A stretch of DNA of 64,000 nucleotides from an uncultured cyanobacterium (GCA_963807635.1 CAWEDJ010000098.1:1-64000); one strand, 5' to 3'. Counted from the stretch's first letter, positions 47,502-57,418 are shown. Program-made: numbers and translations. Notes: a model not told the origin generated them from the letters alone.

Positions 47502-48392
47502 ATGAAAAATAATCTTAGAATCATCCACCATTTAGCCAAATCAGGAGGGACGATCATTTCTCGTTGTTTGGGCTGTATGCAAGACATCATCCTATTGAGT
47601 GAGGTTCATCCTATCGATAATGAACGACTAAGGATTATCACCCATCCCATAGAGCAGGCTTATTTTTGGTTTAATCTTTTAACAACAGAAGAACTTATGG
47701 CAATTAATGAAGTTGGTTTTATTAGTTTTCTTGATTCTATTAAATTACTTTATCAAAAAATAGAAGAATGTAATCAAACGTTAGTTTTAAGAGATTGGAA
47801 TCATCTAGATTTTATCGGTAATCCTTTTATCCAACCAAACTATCAATTAACGACTAATGAATATCTACAACATGATTTTAATTTATTAGAAATTTCAACA
47901 GTAAGGCATCCGATTGATCAATGGTTGAGTATGCGAAAACAAGAGTCTTGGAAGGAGATGGACATCGAGAGCTATTTATTTGGGTATCTTCAATTTATTA
48001 AAGCTTGTGGTTCTATGCCATTTTTTCGTTATGAAGATTTTGCTCAGAATCCTCAATTTACGATGCAATTAATCTGTCAAGCATTAAATTTAAACTATGA
48101 TGAACATTTTATTGACAATTGGCTCTCTCATCAAACTATAACAGGAGCTATTCATCCTGAAGATACAAGAAAAGAAATTGTTTATCAGACTTACTCCTAT
48201 TCTCCTGAGCTTATCGAAGCTTTTCAACAATATGACAATTATTTTGAAATTATCAGCTTGTTAGGATATCAAGATACTATAAAATCTCACACAATCTCAC
48301 ACAATCTCACACAATCTCACACAATCTCACACAATCTCACAATAGTTGAAGAAACAAGAAATAAGAGATTTGTTCAATCTAAACTAAGATAA
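47502..48392 (+). CDS. Sulfotransferase-like protein
   Basis: 5'-PSB-like 'HHLAKSGGT', 3'-PB-like 'VRHPIDQWLS', 'RYEDF'. AT-rich. Confidence 0.75.
   Translation: MKNNLRIIHHLAKSGGTIISRCLGCMQDIILLSEVHPIDNERLRIITHPIEQAYFWFNLLTTEELMAINEVGFISFLDSIKLLYQKIEECNQTLVLRDWNHLDFIGNPFIQPNYQLTTNEYLQHDFNLLEISTVRHPIDQWLSMRKQESWKEMDIESYLFGYLQFIKACGSMPFFRYEDFAQNPQFTMQLICQALNLNYDEHFIDNWLSHQTITGAIHPEDTRKEIVYQTYSYSPELIEAFQQYDNYFEIISLLGYQDTIKSHTISHNLTQSHTISHNLTIVEETRNKRFVQSKLR
48283..48340 (+). repeat. 10-bp tandem repeat (AATCTCACAC) x ~5.8
   Basis: Directly visible, inside the 3' end of the sulfotransferase-like ORF. Confidence 0.95.
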
Positions 48393-48537
48393 TCTCACTA
48401 AAATAATCGCAAGAGAATATTTGCAAAATTTTCTGGAGACTGTTAATTGATCTTTTTTTGATAAATTCATTACATTAATTCCATCAAGACTTTGAGTAAA
48501 ATAGTTAGTTGTTGCGTTTGATAGGTAGGATGAGCCA

Positions 48538-48873
48538 ATGTCTTATTCTTTTGACGTTTTAGGAATTACCCCTATTTTTACTTTTTTCAATTATCAGCAG
48601 GAAGTTGAACAAAATCCCCGACGTAATACTGCTTATTTGGGAAGTTACCATTGTTCCTTAGAAGGCTTTATTCAAGCGACCGAGTTGATTCCCCAAAAAC
48701 CTGATTGGGACTGGGACGATGTCGTGAAGCAGATTATCGATTTTTGGCTGGGTCATGAGGAAAATATTCAGCAATGGAAAAGGGAACTAACCACCATCGG
48801 GCAAGAGAGTTTGATTGTGGCGAGAGTTGCCAATATTGATGGATTGAGAAAAGATTTTGAAGTCCTGCTATAA
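48538..48873 (+). CDS. Conserved cyanobacterial hypothetical protein
   Basis: 111-aa ORF with AGGA RBS, 'FFNYQQ', 'AYLGSY', 'WDWD...IIDFWL'. Confidence 0.75.
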   Translation: MSYSFDVLGITPIFTFFNYQQEVEQNPRRNTAYLGSYHCSLEGFIQATELIPQKPDWDWDDVVKQIIDFWLGHEENIQQWKRELTTIGQESLIVARVANIDGLRKDFEVLL

Positions 48874-48934
48874 AAGCTAGACCTTAAATTTGGTAAGATG
48901 CCCTAGATGCCTTAATTTGACGCGATCGCTGTTT
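48871..48934 (+). repeat. glyS-upstream direct repeat, copy 1
   Basis: taaaagctagaccttaaatttggtaagatgccctagatgccttaatttgacgcgatcgctgttt. 4 mismatches + 1 indel versus copy 3. Confidence 0.95.
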
Positions 48935-48973
48935 AGGACTGAGTATATCTAATTCAATCGCGATCGCTTCTGA

Positions 48974-49240
48974 TTATTCATAATGTGTCCACATTCGTAA
49001 AATTTTGATTTTATGTTCCGACTCGATAACCTCATAAACTAGACGATGTTGAATATTAATTCGTCGAGAATAGGCTCCCTCTAAATCACCGATTAATTTT
49101 TCGTAGGGAGGTGGATTTTGAAAAGGGTTTATTTCGATTAGATCAAGAATTTTTTGCGCTTTTTCTCTAAGGTTACTCGCATTGAGTTTTTTGGCATCTT
49201 TTTGGGCTTGTTTGGTATAAATCAATCGCCATCTGACCAT
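48974..49240 (-). CDS. yoeB: Txe/YoeB-family toxin
   Basis: 'NPFQNPPPYEKLIGDLEGAYSRRINIQHRLVY', 'RMWTHYE'. Confidence 0.92.
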   Translation of the reverse strand: MVRWRLIYTKQAQKDAKKLNASNLREKAQKILDLIEINPFQNPPPYEKLIGDLEGAYSRRINIQHRLVYEVIESEHKIKILRMWTHYE

Positions 49241-49470
49241 TCTAATTCCTCATCACAATCTTCAATAGAAGTGTTTAAACCTTCTTGAATAGATTCTCGC
49301 ATTTCTGGAATAGAAAGCAAATATAGGGTTTCTTGTATTGATCTCCAATCCATTTCCGATAACAAAACGGCATTGTTATTTTGACCTGAAATGATAATAG
49401 CTTGATGGGATTGATTGACAGAATCAATTAAATTAGGTAATTGTTGTTGAGCTTCATTAACAGTAATCAT
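49222..49470 (-). CDS. yefM: Phd/YefM-family antitoxin
   Basis: 'NAVLLSEMDWRSIQETLYLLSIPEMRESI'. Overlaps the toxin start. Confidence 0.92.
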   Translation of the reverse strand: MITVNEAQQQLPNLIDSVNQSHQAIIISGQNNNAVLLSEMDWRSIQETLYLLSIPEMRESIQEGLNTSIEDCDEELEWSDGD

Positions 49471-49621
49471 GATTTTTATATTTCTTTGTTTATGGTCACT
49501 AATTTCAATAATTTGATGGATTGATATTTTATAGTTCTGCCAGCCAAGGCTTCACAAATATTCCACACCGATTATAAACATCGTAGAACTAATCTTCGGT
49601 AATGCGAATCATAATTCTAAA

Positions 49622-49684
49622 TAAAAGCTAGACCCAAATTTGCTAAAGTGCCTTAGATACCTTAATTTGACGCGATCGCCGTTT
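49622..49684 (+). repeat. glyS-upstream direct repeat, copy 2
   Basis: taaaagctagacccaaatttgctaaagtgccttagataccttaatttgacgcgatcgccgttt. 58/63 identical to copy 3. Confidence 0.95.
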
Positions 49685-49799
49685 TCGTGGTTTACGTCCA
49701 TGAAAGACACTTTTTTGAGGTGAATTAACACGATTATCTCTGAATTAACTCTAGTGGCTATAATCTATATAGAACAGTGATAGGGGAGAGGTAATCATC

Positions 49800-50072
49800 G
49801 TGGGAATCCGTCAACCCCTTTATAGCAAAGAAGAATTTGCCCAACGTGGCGATCGTATTTACCAAACTCAAATACGCCCTCAGGTCGAAACAGGTAATCG
49901 GGGCAAAATTGTGGCCATTGACCTGGAAACTGGAGATTTTGAAATTGATGCGCGTGAAATAGCGGCTTGCGATCGACTCGAAGCCCGTCATCCAGACGCT
50001 CAGATTTGGATTGTTCGCGTTGGTTCTCGCTATGTTCGTCGATTTGGTGGACGAGCTAAGGGATCTGTATGA
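49800..50072 (+). CDS. Small hypothetical protein (DUF5678-like), coupled to the protease gene
   Basis: 'GKIVAIDLETGDFEI', 'HPDAQIWIVRVG'. GAGG RBS, ATGA overlap with the next gene. Confidence 0.7.
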   Translation: MGIRQPLYSKEEFAQRGDRIYQTQIRPQVETGNRGKIVAIDLETGDFEIDAREIAACDRLEARHPDAQIWIVRVGSRYVRRFGGRAKGSV

Positions 50073-50464
50073 TCCAGGGAATCGTTAATGCTGATTTTGA
50101 ACCGATTATTTCGCTTTTTATCTGTCACTCTGATGGAAAAGTCCATCAGTATCAGGCAATTATAGATAATCAGGCAATTATAAATACAGGTTTTAATGGT
50201 TGGCTCTCTTTGCCGCCAGAGTTGATCGCTTTCCTCAATCTGAAATGGAAAAGACGAGGACGCGCTATTCTTGGTGATGGTAGTGAATGCGTTTTTAATG
50301 TTTACGAAGCGATTGTAGTTTGGGACGGAGATTATCTCACTATTCCAATTGATGAAGCTGATTCAGAACCTCTAGTAGGAATGTCATTAATGGAAGGCTA
50401 TCAACTTGTGGTTCAAGTGATGGAGGAAAGTGGTGTAGAAATCCGCAGAATAAAAGTGGTCTAA
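50069..50464 (+). CDS. Clan AA (retropepsin-like) aspartic protease family protein
   Basis: 'II(D/N)TGFNGWLSLP', 'LGDGS', 'PLVGMSL'. Confidence 0.82.
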   Translation: MIQGIVNADFEPIISLFICHSDGKVHQYQAIIDNQAIINTGFNGWLSLPPELIAFLNLKWKRRGRAILGDGSECVFNVYEAIVVWDGDYLTIPIDEADSEPLVGMSLMEGYQLVVQVMEESGVEIRRIKVV

Positions 50465-50470
50465 TTTCAC

Positions 50471-50533
50471 TAAAAGCTAGACCTGAATTTGGTAAAATGC
50501 CCTAGATACCTTAATTTGACGCGATCGCCGTTT
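50471..50533 (+). repeat. glyS-upstream direct repeat, copy 3 (likely the glyS promoter region)
   Basis: taaaagctagacctgaatttggtaaaatgccctagataccttaatttgacgcgatcgccgttt. Contains a TGn-TAAAAT extended -10 and ends 11 nt before the glyS ATG. Confidence 0.95.
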
Positions 50534-50544
50534 GGGACTTGTGT

Positions 50545-52685
50545 ATGGCTAACTTGACTTTTTTATTGGAAATCGGTACAGAAGAACTACCCGCAGATTT
50601 TGTGGCCAACGCGATCGCCCAATGGCAGAGTCGAATCCCAAAAAGTTTGACCGACAATTTATTAACGCCCGAATCGGTTCAGGTGTACGGTACGCCCCGC
50701 CGTTTAGCCGTATTAATTCAAGGTTTACCGAGTCAGCAACCCGACCGCGAAGAAGCCATCAAAGGCGCCGCCGCCGCCGCTTTTAAAAATGGTGAACCGA
50801 CCAACGCCGCGATCGGGTTTGCCAAAAAACAGGGTGTGGAAGTGAGTGCATTAACAATTGAAGCGACGGATAAGGGAGATTTTGTTTTTGTCCAGAAAAA
50901 AACGCCTGGTCGTCCCGCTCAGGAAATTTTAGCTGAATTAGTCCTGAATTGGCTCAATAATCTGGAAGGTAAACGGTTTATGCGCTGGGGGGATGGCGAT
51001 TTGCGTTTTCCTCGTCCCATTCGTTGGTTAGTCGCTCTGCTGGATCAGGAAATTTTGCCCCTGCAATTAGTTAATGGTTCCACAACCCTCAATAGCGATC
51101 GCCTTTCCTGGGACATCGGGTTTTACATCCTGAAATAATCAGCATTAAACAGGCAAAAGATTATCAAGAAAATTTGCGATCGGCCTACGTTATTGTTGAT
51201 CCCGAAGAACGTCGTCAAATTATTACGGAACAAGTTAAAAATGCAGCCAAATCCTTAGAAGGAACTGCTGAAATTTATCCTGATTTACTCTCAGAAGTTG
51301 TTAATTTAGTTGAGTATCCCACTGCTGTCATTGGAAAATTTGATACGGATTTTCTCAAGTTACCTACAGAAGTAATTACCATTGTTATGGTGACGCACCA
51401 GCGTTATTTTCCTGTTAAAAAAGCTGATGGAAATTTATTTGCAAACTTTATTACTATTGCTAACGGTGATCCTAAAAAAGCAGAACTCATTGCTGAGGGA
51501 AATGCGAGGGTGATTCGCGCCCGTTTAGCCGATGCCCAATTCTTTTATCAAGCTGATTGTGATCAATCCTTAGAAAGTTATTTACCCCAACTTGAAACAG
51601 TGACTTTCCAAGAAGAATTAGGAACCATGCGAGATAAGGTTGATCGCATTATAGAAGTTGCTCAACAAATTGCAGAACAACTCAATTTAGATGAAAAAAA
51701 TTGCCAAGAAATTGAAAGTACGGCAATGTTATGCAAGGCGGATTTAGTCACCCAAATGGTCTATGAATTTCCTGAATTGCAGGGCATTATGGGACAAAAA
51801 TATGCCCTAGTAAGTGGTGAATCAAAAGCGGTTGCAGATGGAATTTTTGAACATTACTTACCCCGTAATATTGAGGATGATTTACCTGAATCTTTAACGG
51901 GTCAAGTCGTGGGAATCAGCGATCGCCTAGATACCTTAGTTAGTATTTTTGGACTGGGATTATTACCCACAGGTTCCTCCGATCCTTTTGCCCTCAGACG
52001 TGCCGCTAATGCCATTGTGAATATTACCTGGTCTGCTAACTTAGGGATTAATTTACATGAACTATTAACCCAAATTTCAGCCGATTTTCTGACCGCTCAT
52101 AGTGGTAAAAACTCTCCCTTAGAACTTCTCAAAAATTTCTTTATTCAACGTATTAAAACTCTATTAGAAGATGAATTAAAGATTGATTACGATTTAGTTA
52201 ATGCCGTTCTGGGAGATAATGATCCAGACTATACAACTCGCGCCTTAGAAAATTTACTCGATGTCCGCGATCGCGCTCAGTTTTTACAACAAATTCGCCG
52301 TAACGGTCAACTCGAACGTATCTATGAAACCATTAATCGCTCTACTCGTTTGGCAAGCAAAGGCAATCTCGATCTCCAAGCATTAAATCCCCAATCCGTC
52401 ATTAACCCCGATTTATTTGTGAAGTCTTCTGAAAAAGCTTTTTATGATGCTCTCATTGCCCTAGTCCCGATTACGGAAAAAGCCCAGAGCGATCGCAATT
52501 ATCAGTATCTTGTTGAAGGTCTAGGGAAAATTGCCCCGATGGTTGCCTGCTTTTTTGATGGGGAAGATAGCGTCATGGTAATGGATGAAAATCTAGAAAT
52601 TCGTGCCAATCGTCTTAATTTACTAGGATTACTGCGAAATCACTCACGGATCTTAGCCGATTTTGGTGCGATCGTTAAAGATTAA
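50545..52685 (+). CDS. glyS: Glycine--tRNA ligase beta subunit (frameshift near 51110)
   Basis: '[11 protein letters not shown]', 'TPRRL', 'MRWG...RPIRW', 'HQRYF', 'EFPELQG', 'SDPFALRR'. Confidence 0.95.
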
Positions 52686-52751
52686 TTTAAGGTTAAATTT
52701 AGTTTTTAGTGCCATATTAAAAAATGGATTAAAAATAGTTTCATTAAATCT

Positions 52752-53933
52752 ATGGAATATCGACGTTTTGGCCGTACAGAACTTGCAATGCCCGTTTTTT
52801 CCTGTGGCGGGATGCGCTATCAATATCAATGGCAAGATACCAGTGAAGATAAAATTCCCCTGGACAATCAACAGAATCTAGAAGCCACCATTGAACAAGC
52901 CTTAGCCTTAGGAATTAATCATATTGAAACGGCACGGGGTTATGGCACTTCTGAGATGCAATTAGGGAAAATTTTACCCCGACTCGACAGAGAAAAATTA
53001 ATTGTACAAACCAAAGTTTCACCGACAGAAAATCCTCAGAAATTTCGAGAAAATTTTGATCAATCTTTTCAATATCTCAATCTAGACTATGTGGATCTTT
53101 TAGGTTTACATGGAATTAATACTCCCGAAATATTAGATTACAGTCTCCGTCCAGGCGGATGTTTAGACGAAGCAAAAAAATTACAAAAAGAAGGGAAAGT
53201 TCGTTTTCTTGGGTTTTCGACTCATGGCCCGACCGACGTTATTATCAAAACCATTGAAAGCGGAGAATTCGATTACGTTAATCTGCACTGGTACTATATA
53301 AATCAGGTCAATTGGCCAGCTATTGAAGCCGCAACTAAGCAAGATATGGGGGTTTTTATTATTAGTCCGTCAGATAAAGGCGGGCAGTTATATAATCCTC
53401 CCGAAAAGTTAGTTAAACTCTGTCAACCTCTGAGTCCGATGGTTTTTAATAATCTTTTTTGTTTGTCCCATCCCCAGGTTCATACCCTCAGTGTGGGAGC
53501 CTCTAGACCAACGGATTTTCAGGAACATTTAAAGACTTTAGATTATTTAGATCAAAGTTCTCAATTTTTAGAACCGATTATTAAAAATCTTAAACAAGAG
53601 TTAGTCAATACATTAGGCAAAGAGTGGGTAGAAACCTGGCAAGTTGGTTTACCAAATCATCAAGATACTCCTAATAATATTAATATTCATACAATTTTGT
53701 GGTTACGGAATTTAGCCCTAGCCTATAATTTAGTGGACTACGGAAAAATGCGTTATAACCTATTAGGAAATGGGGGTCATTGGTTTCCAGGAAAACAGGC
53801 AAAAAATGTCAGCGAGTTAGATTTGAGTGAGTGTTTAAAAAATAGTCCCCATCGAAAGATTATTTCGCAACTTTTAAAGGAGACCGATGAGCTTTTAGGG
53901 GGTGAGTCTGTTCGGCGTTTATCGGAAAGTTGA
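52752..53933 (+). CDS. Aldo/keto reductase family oxidoreductase
   Basis: 'MEYRRFGRT', 'GINHIETARGY', 'QTK', 'GFSTHG'. Confidence 0.9.
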   Translation: MEYRRFGRTELAMPVFSCGGMRYQYQWQDTSEDKIPLDNQQNLEATIEQALALGINHIETARGYGTSEMQLGKILPRLDREKLIVQTKVSPTENPQKFRENFDQSFQYLNLDYVDLLGLHGINTPEILDYSLRPGGCLDEAKKLQKEGKVRFLGFSTHGPTDVIIKTIESGEFDYVNLHWYYINQVNWPAIEAATKQDMGVFIISPSDKGGQLYNPPEKLVKLCQPLSPMVFNNLFCLSHPQVHTLSVGASRPTDFQEHLKTLDYLDQSSQFLEPIIKNLKQELVNTLGKEWVETWQVGLPNHQDTPNNINIHTILWLRNLALAYNLVDYGKMRYNLLGNGGHWFPGKQAKNVSELDLSECLKNSPHRKIISQLLKETDELLGGESVRRLSES

Positions 53934-54006
53934 CAACCCACTAGCGCAACCAATCATTTTTTCGCGATAAAATCTAACATAGAACCTCATTCAATTCGGA
54001 GTATCC

Positions 54007-54735
54007 ATGAGTAATACCAGTAACTTCCGCCAAGCAATGAAGGAAGTCCAAGGCCAATCCCTGATTGGGCCTAACGTTATCCCCAAAGCACTCCCCTTTT
54101 TAGGTGGTGGATTAATTCTAACCGCAGTGGGAACCTACGGTGGATTGGGAATGATTCAAAACAATCCTGCTCTCGCCATGCCCACTTTCATCGGCGCGAT
54201 GATTGCATCCTTGATTCTTTTCTTTGTCGCACGAGGTATTGCCGAAAATGCTAACAATACTCTTGCTTTGCCCCTTTTAGCGCTTTATAGTCTATTAACT
54301 GGCTATACTCTCAGTGGCATTGTTTATGTTGCCCTCGGAACTCAGGGAGTCGGCATTCAGGGAATTGGTATCGCCGCGTTGGGTTGTGGAGTAACCTTTA
54401 TTGTTGCCCGTTCTATGGGGTCTAATCTTTCCGATAAAGATGGATTAGCTCTGAGCCAAACCATTGGTCTAGCAATGATCGCCCTTTTTGTCGTCATTTT
54501 GGGACAAGTCGTTTTATCTCTTTTTGGCGTTTATACTCCCAGTTGGTTAGAGATTGCGATTTCGGGTTTAGGTGTTTTGATTTTTGCTGGGGCTTCTGTT
54601 GTTGATTTTTATATCCTGCCTCGCACCTATTCTGATGATCAGTATCTTTCGGTTTCTCTGTCGATGTATTTGACCTATATCAACTTGTTTGTTTTTATTC
54701 TTCGCCTGTTGATTGCTCTCAATGGTAGAGATTAA
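54007..54735 (+). CDS. Bax inhibitor-1/YccA family membrane protein
   Basis: About 7 TM segments, C-terminal 'LSMYLTYINLFVFILRLL'. Confidence 0.88.
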   Translation: MSNTSNFRQAMKEVQGQSLIGPNVIPKALPFLGGGLILTAVGTYGGLGMIQNNPALAMPTFIGAMIASLILFFVARGIAENANNTLALPLLALYSLLTGYTLSGIVYVALGTQGVGIQGIGIAALGCGVTFIVARSMGSNLSDKDGLALSQTIGLAMIALFVVILGQVVLSLFGVYTPSWLEIAISGLGVLIFAGASVVDFYILPRTYSDDQYLSVSLSMYLTYINLFVFILRLLIALNGRD

Positions 54736-54899
54736 TCTTTTTTGATTAGATGTTAAATAATTCCCCTGATCTTTCAAAGGTTGGGGGATTTTTAATCGCG
54801 ATCGCTTTTTAGGTTCTGATATTTTTATCCCAGTCTAAAAAATTTGATTAACCGTAAGATTTGAGTCTGAAAAAATTGTGGAAATAACGCGATCACGTA

Positions 54900-55810
54900 G
54901 AGCGTGTCATCAATTAACACACTTGACATTAGTGAATAATTATGCTGTTTAAACTGGGCTACGCTAACCATATAACTGATGCGGCCAGATAGATGCCGCC
55001 TAGAAAATTGGCTGAGCGCTTGTCGTAACGAGTCGCAAGCGCACGATATTGTTTGAGTTTCGCAAAGAAGTTTTCGACTAAATGACGCGCTTTATACAAA
55101 AATGTATCATAAGGGCGAGGTTCTTTTCGATTACTTTTCGAGGGTATCACAGGCACTATCCCTCTTTTTCTAGAACCTTAATGACTCTATCGTCTGCGTC
55201 ATAGGCTTTGTCCCCTAGCACCGCTTCTGCTTCTACATCAGGCAATAGCACATCGGCTCCGTCTAAATCACACGCTTGACCTGGCGTTAGGAAAAAAGAG
55301 ACTGGATTCCCTAATGCGTCCACTACGGCATGGATTTTCGTACTTAATCCTCCTGTACTCCTTCCTATATCTTCTTCCTCTGCGCTACTGTTTTTTGCTC
55401 CTGCACTGTGTTGATGCGCTCTCACAATCGTTGCATCTATCATTGCGTATTCATTATCAGCGTCCTCCGCTAAGTGCTTGAATACCTTTTCCCACACCCC
55501 TGATTTCGTCCATCGCGTAAAACGCGTGTGAATCACTCGAAAATCTCCAAACCTTTCGGGTAAGTCTCTCCAAGGAATGCCCGCTCTATATCGATATAAT
55601 ACGGCTTCAACAAACAAACGATTATCTTTAGCTGTTACTCCCACATCTCCCTCTTTTCCAGGTAATAGATCTTTGATTCTTTCCCATTGGTCATCCCGCA
55701 ACGCATAACGCCTCGTCATATTCACATCTCTCTTCAACATATATTTTGTCATTTCATACTCTGCGCATTATTTGCCACTAATGTCAACCCCCCTAATTGA
55801 TGACACGCCC
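54900..55810 (-). mobile_element. IS5-family element
   Basis: Inverted repeats gagcgtgtcatcaatta...ttgacattagtg versus reverse complement gggcgtgtcatcaatta...ttgacattagtg. TA on both flanks (54898-99, 55811-12). Confidence 0.92.
54959..55752 (-). CDS. IS5-family transposase (frame break near 55158)
   Basis: 'GIPWRDLPERFG', 'IDAT', 'TKIHA', 'DKAYD', 'YKARHLVENFFAKLKQYR..ATRYDK'. Confidence 0.9.
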
Positions 55811-55901
55811 TAAGAAAACGATAAATTCCTTACCCATCGGTCATAAACCTTCTACAATAGGGAGGGTTTGAAAAAAAAGCTTAACCAATCACGAAAACTC
55901 T

Positions 55902-57120
55902 ATGGATACCAAAGCCTTTAAGCGATCGCTACAACAGTCGGAAAACTATCATCGCAGAAGTTTTGGCCACGCGGCAGAAGTCATGGAAGTGATGGATTCC
56001 GAGTATCAAAGCCAACTCATTCAAGAAATTCGCCAAAATAATTACCGACTGCAACGGGGCAATGTGACCATCCGACTCGCTGAAGCCTTTGGTTTTTGTT
56101 GGGGCGTAGAACGGGCGGTGGCCATGGCCTATGAAACTCGACAGCATTTTCCCCAGGAACGGATTTGGATTACCAACGAAATTATCCATAATCCCTCCGT
56201 TAATCAAAGACTCCGAGAAATGGACGTGAACTTTATTCCCGCGATCGCAGGGGAAAAAGATTTTAGTCAGATTGAAACAGGGGATGTCGTCGATTCTTGC
56301 CCGCCTTTGGAGCGAGTGTTTTAGAAATGCAAATACTCGATGAAAAAGGTTGCAAGATTGTTGATACCACCTGTCCCTGGGTTTCTAAGGTTTGGAACTC
56401 CGTCGAGAAACATAAAAAACGCCAATATACTTCCATTATTCACGGTAAATATGCCCACGAAGAAACGATCGCCACAAGTTCCTTTGCGGGTATTTATTTA
56501 GTTGTCTTAAATCTCGAACAGGCGAATTATGTGAGTCGTTACATTCTGGAAGGGGGGAACAGAACTGGTTTCTAGAAAAATTCAAAAATGCCCATTCGGT
56601 CGGATTTGATCCCGACAAAGATTTAGAATGTATCGGCATTGCTAATCAAACCACCATGTTAAAAAGTGAAACCGAACAAATTGGTAAACTTTTTGAGAAA
56701 ACCATGTTACAAAAATATGGCCCAACGGCTTTAAATGATCATTTCATGAGCTTTAATACCATCTGTGATGCTACCCAGGAACGTCAAGATGCCATGTTTG
56801 ATTTAGTCAAAGAAAACCTGTCTTTAATGGTCGTGATTGGTGGCTATAATTCCTCAAATACCACCCATTTGCAAGAAATTTCAGTCGAACACAACATTCC
56901 TTCCTATCATATTGATAGTGCCAGCCGCATTGCGTGAGGCAATCGGGTCGAACACAAACCCCTAGACAGAGAGTTAGAAATCGTTGAAAACTGGTTACCA
57001 GAAGGAGAAATCTGTGTAGGAGTGACTTCTGGAGCTTCAACCCCCGATAAAGTGGTAGAAGAAGTGATGGAAAAGATTTTTGCCATTAAAGCGGTTAATT
57101 CTCTAATTAATCATGGCTAG
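55902..57120 (+). CDS. ispH: 4-hydroxy-3-methylbut-2-enyl diphosphate reductase (two frameshifts and one in-frame TGA in this sequence)
   Basis: '[10 protein letters not shown]', 'IIHNP', 'DTTCPWV', '[11 protein letters not shown]', 'SSNT', 'GVTSGASTP'. Confidence 0.93.
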
Positions 57121-57151
57121 TATCTATAAATTCTAGAGAGCGATTTTACCT

Positions 57152-57334
57152 ATGAAAAATTCCCTTGGATTAACCCTTAAAGTCTTGGGGATTTCCCTAA
57201 TTCTTTCCTGTATTCTGAAGTATATCGGCCCTGAGTTAGCCTTAGAGCCGACCACTTTCAATGGGTTAATCGGGATTAGTTTAACCCCTATGGCGATCAC
57301 GATTTTCTTATTTTACAAATCTCAGATCGATTAA
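57152..57334 (+). CDS. Small two-TM hypothetical protein
   Basis: 60-aa hydrophobic ORF 'LKV..IS..LS..LKY.GP' downstream of ispH. Confidence 0.6.
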   Translation: MKNSLGLTLKVLGISLILSCILKYIGPELALEPTTFNGLIGISLTPMAITIFLFYKSQID

Positions 57335-57418
57335 AAAAAAGATATCTGTCTCAAGGAAAAATTAGTTTAGAAGTTACTTAATTAGAGTATGAATTATCAT
57401 CACAATGATTTTTTATTA

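Noticed and set aside
48283..48340. Tandem repeat as CRISPR
   Set aside because: Contiguous 10-mers with no spacers; a minisatellite.
49490..49620. Possible decayed gene fragment upstream of yefM (minus strand, MIRITED*FYDVYNRCGIFVKPWL...)
   Set aside because: Several stops and too short to assign a family by eye. It may be a cassette remnant but is unsupported.
48871..50533. Triple direct repeat as a CRISPR array or classical integron
   Set aside because: Units are ~63 bp with 690-790 bp gene-containing intervals. No cas or intI gene, and no RYYYAAC...GTTRRRY attC hairpin.
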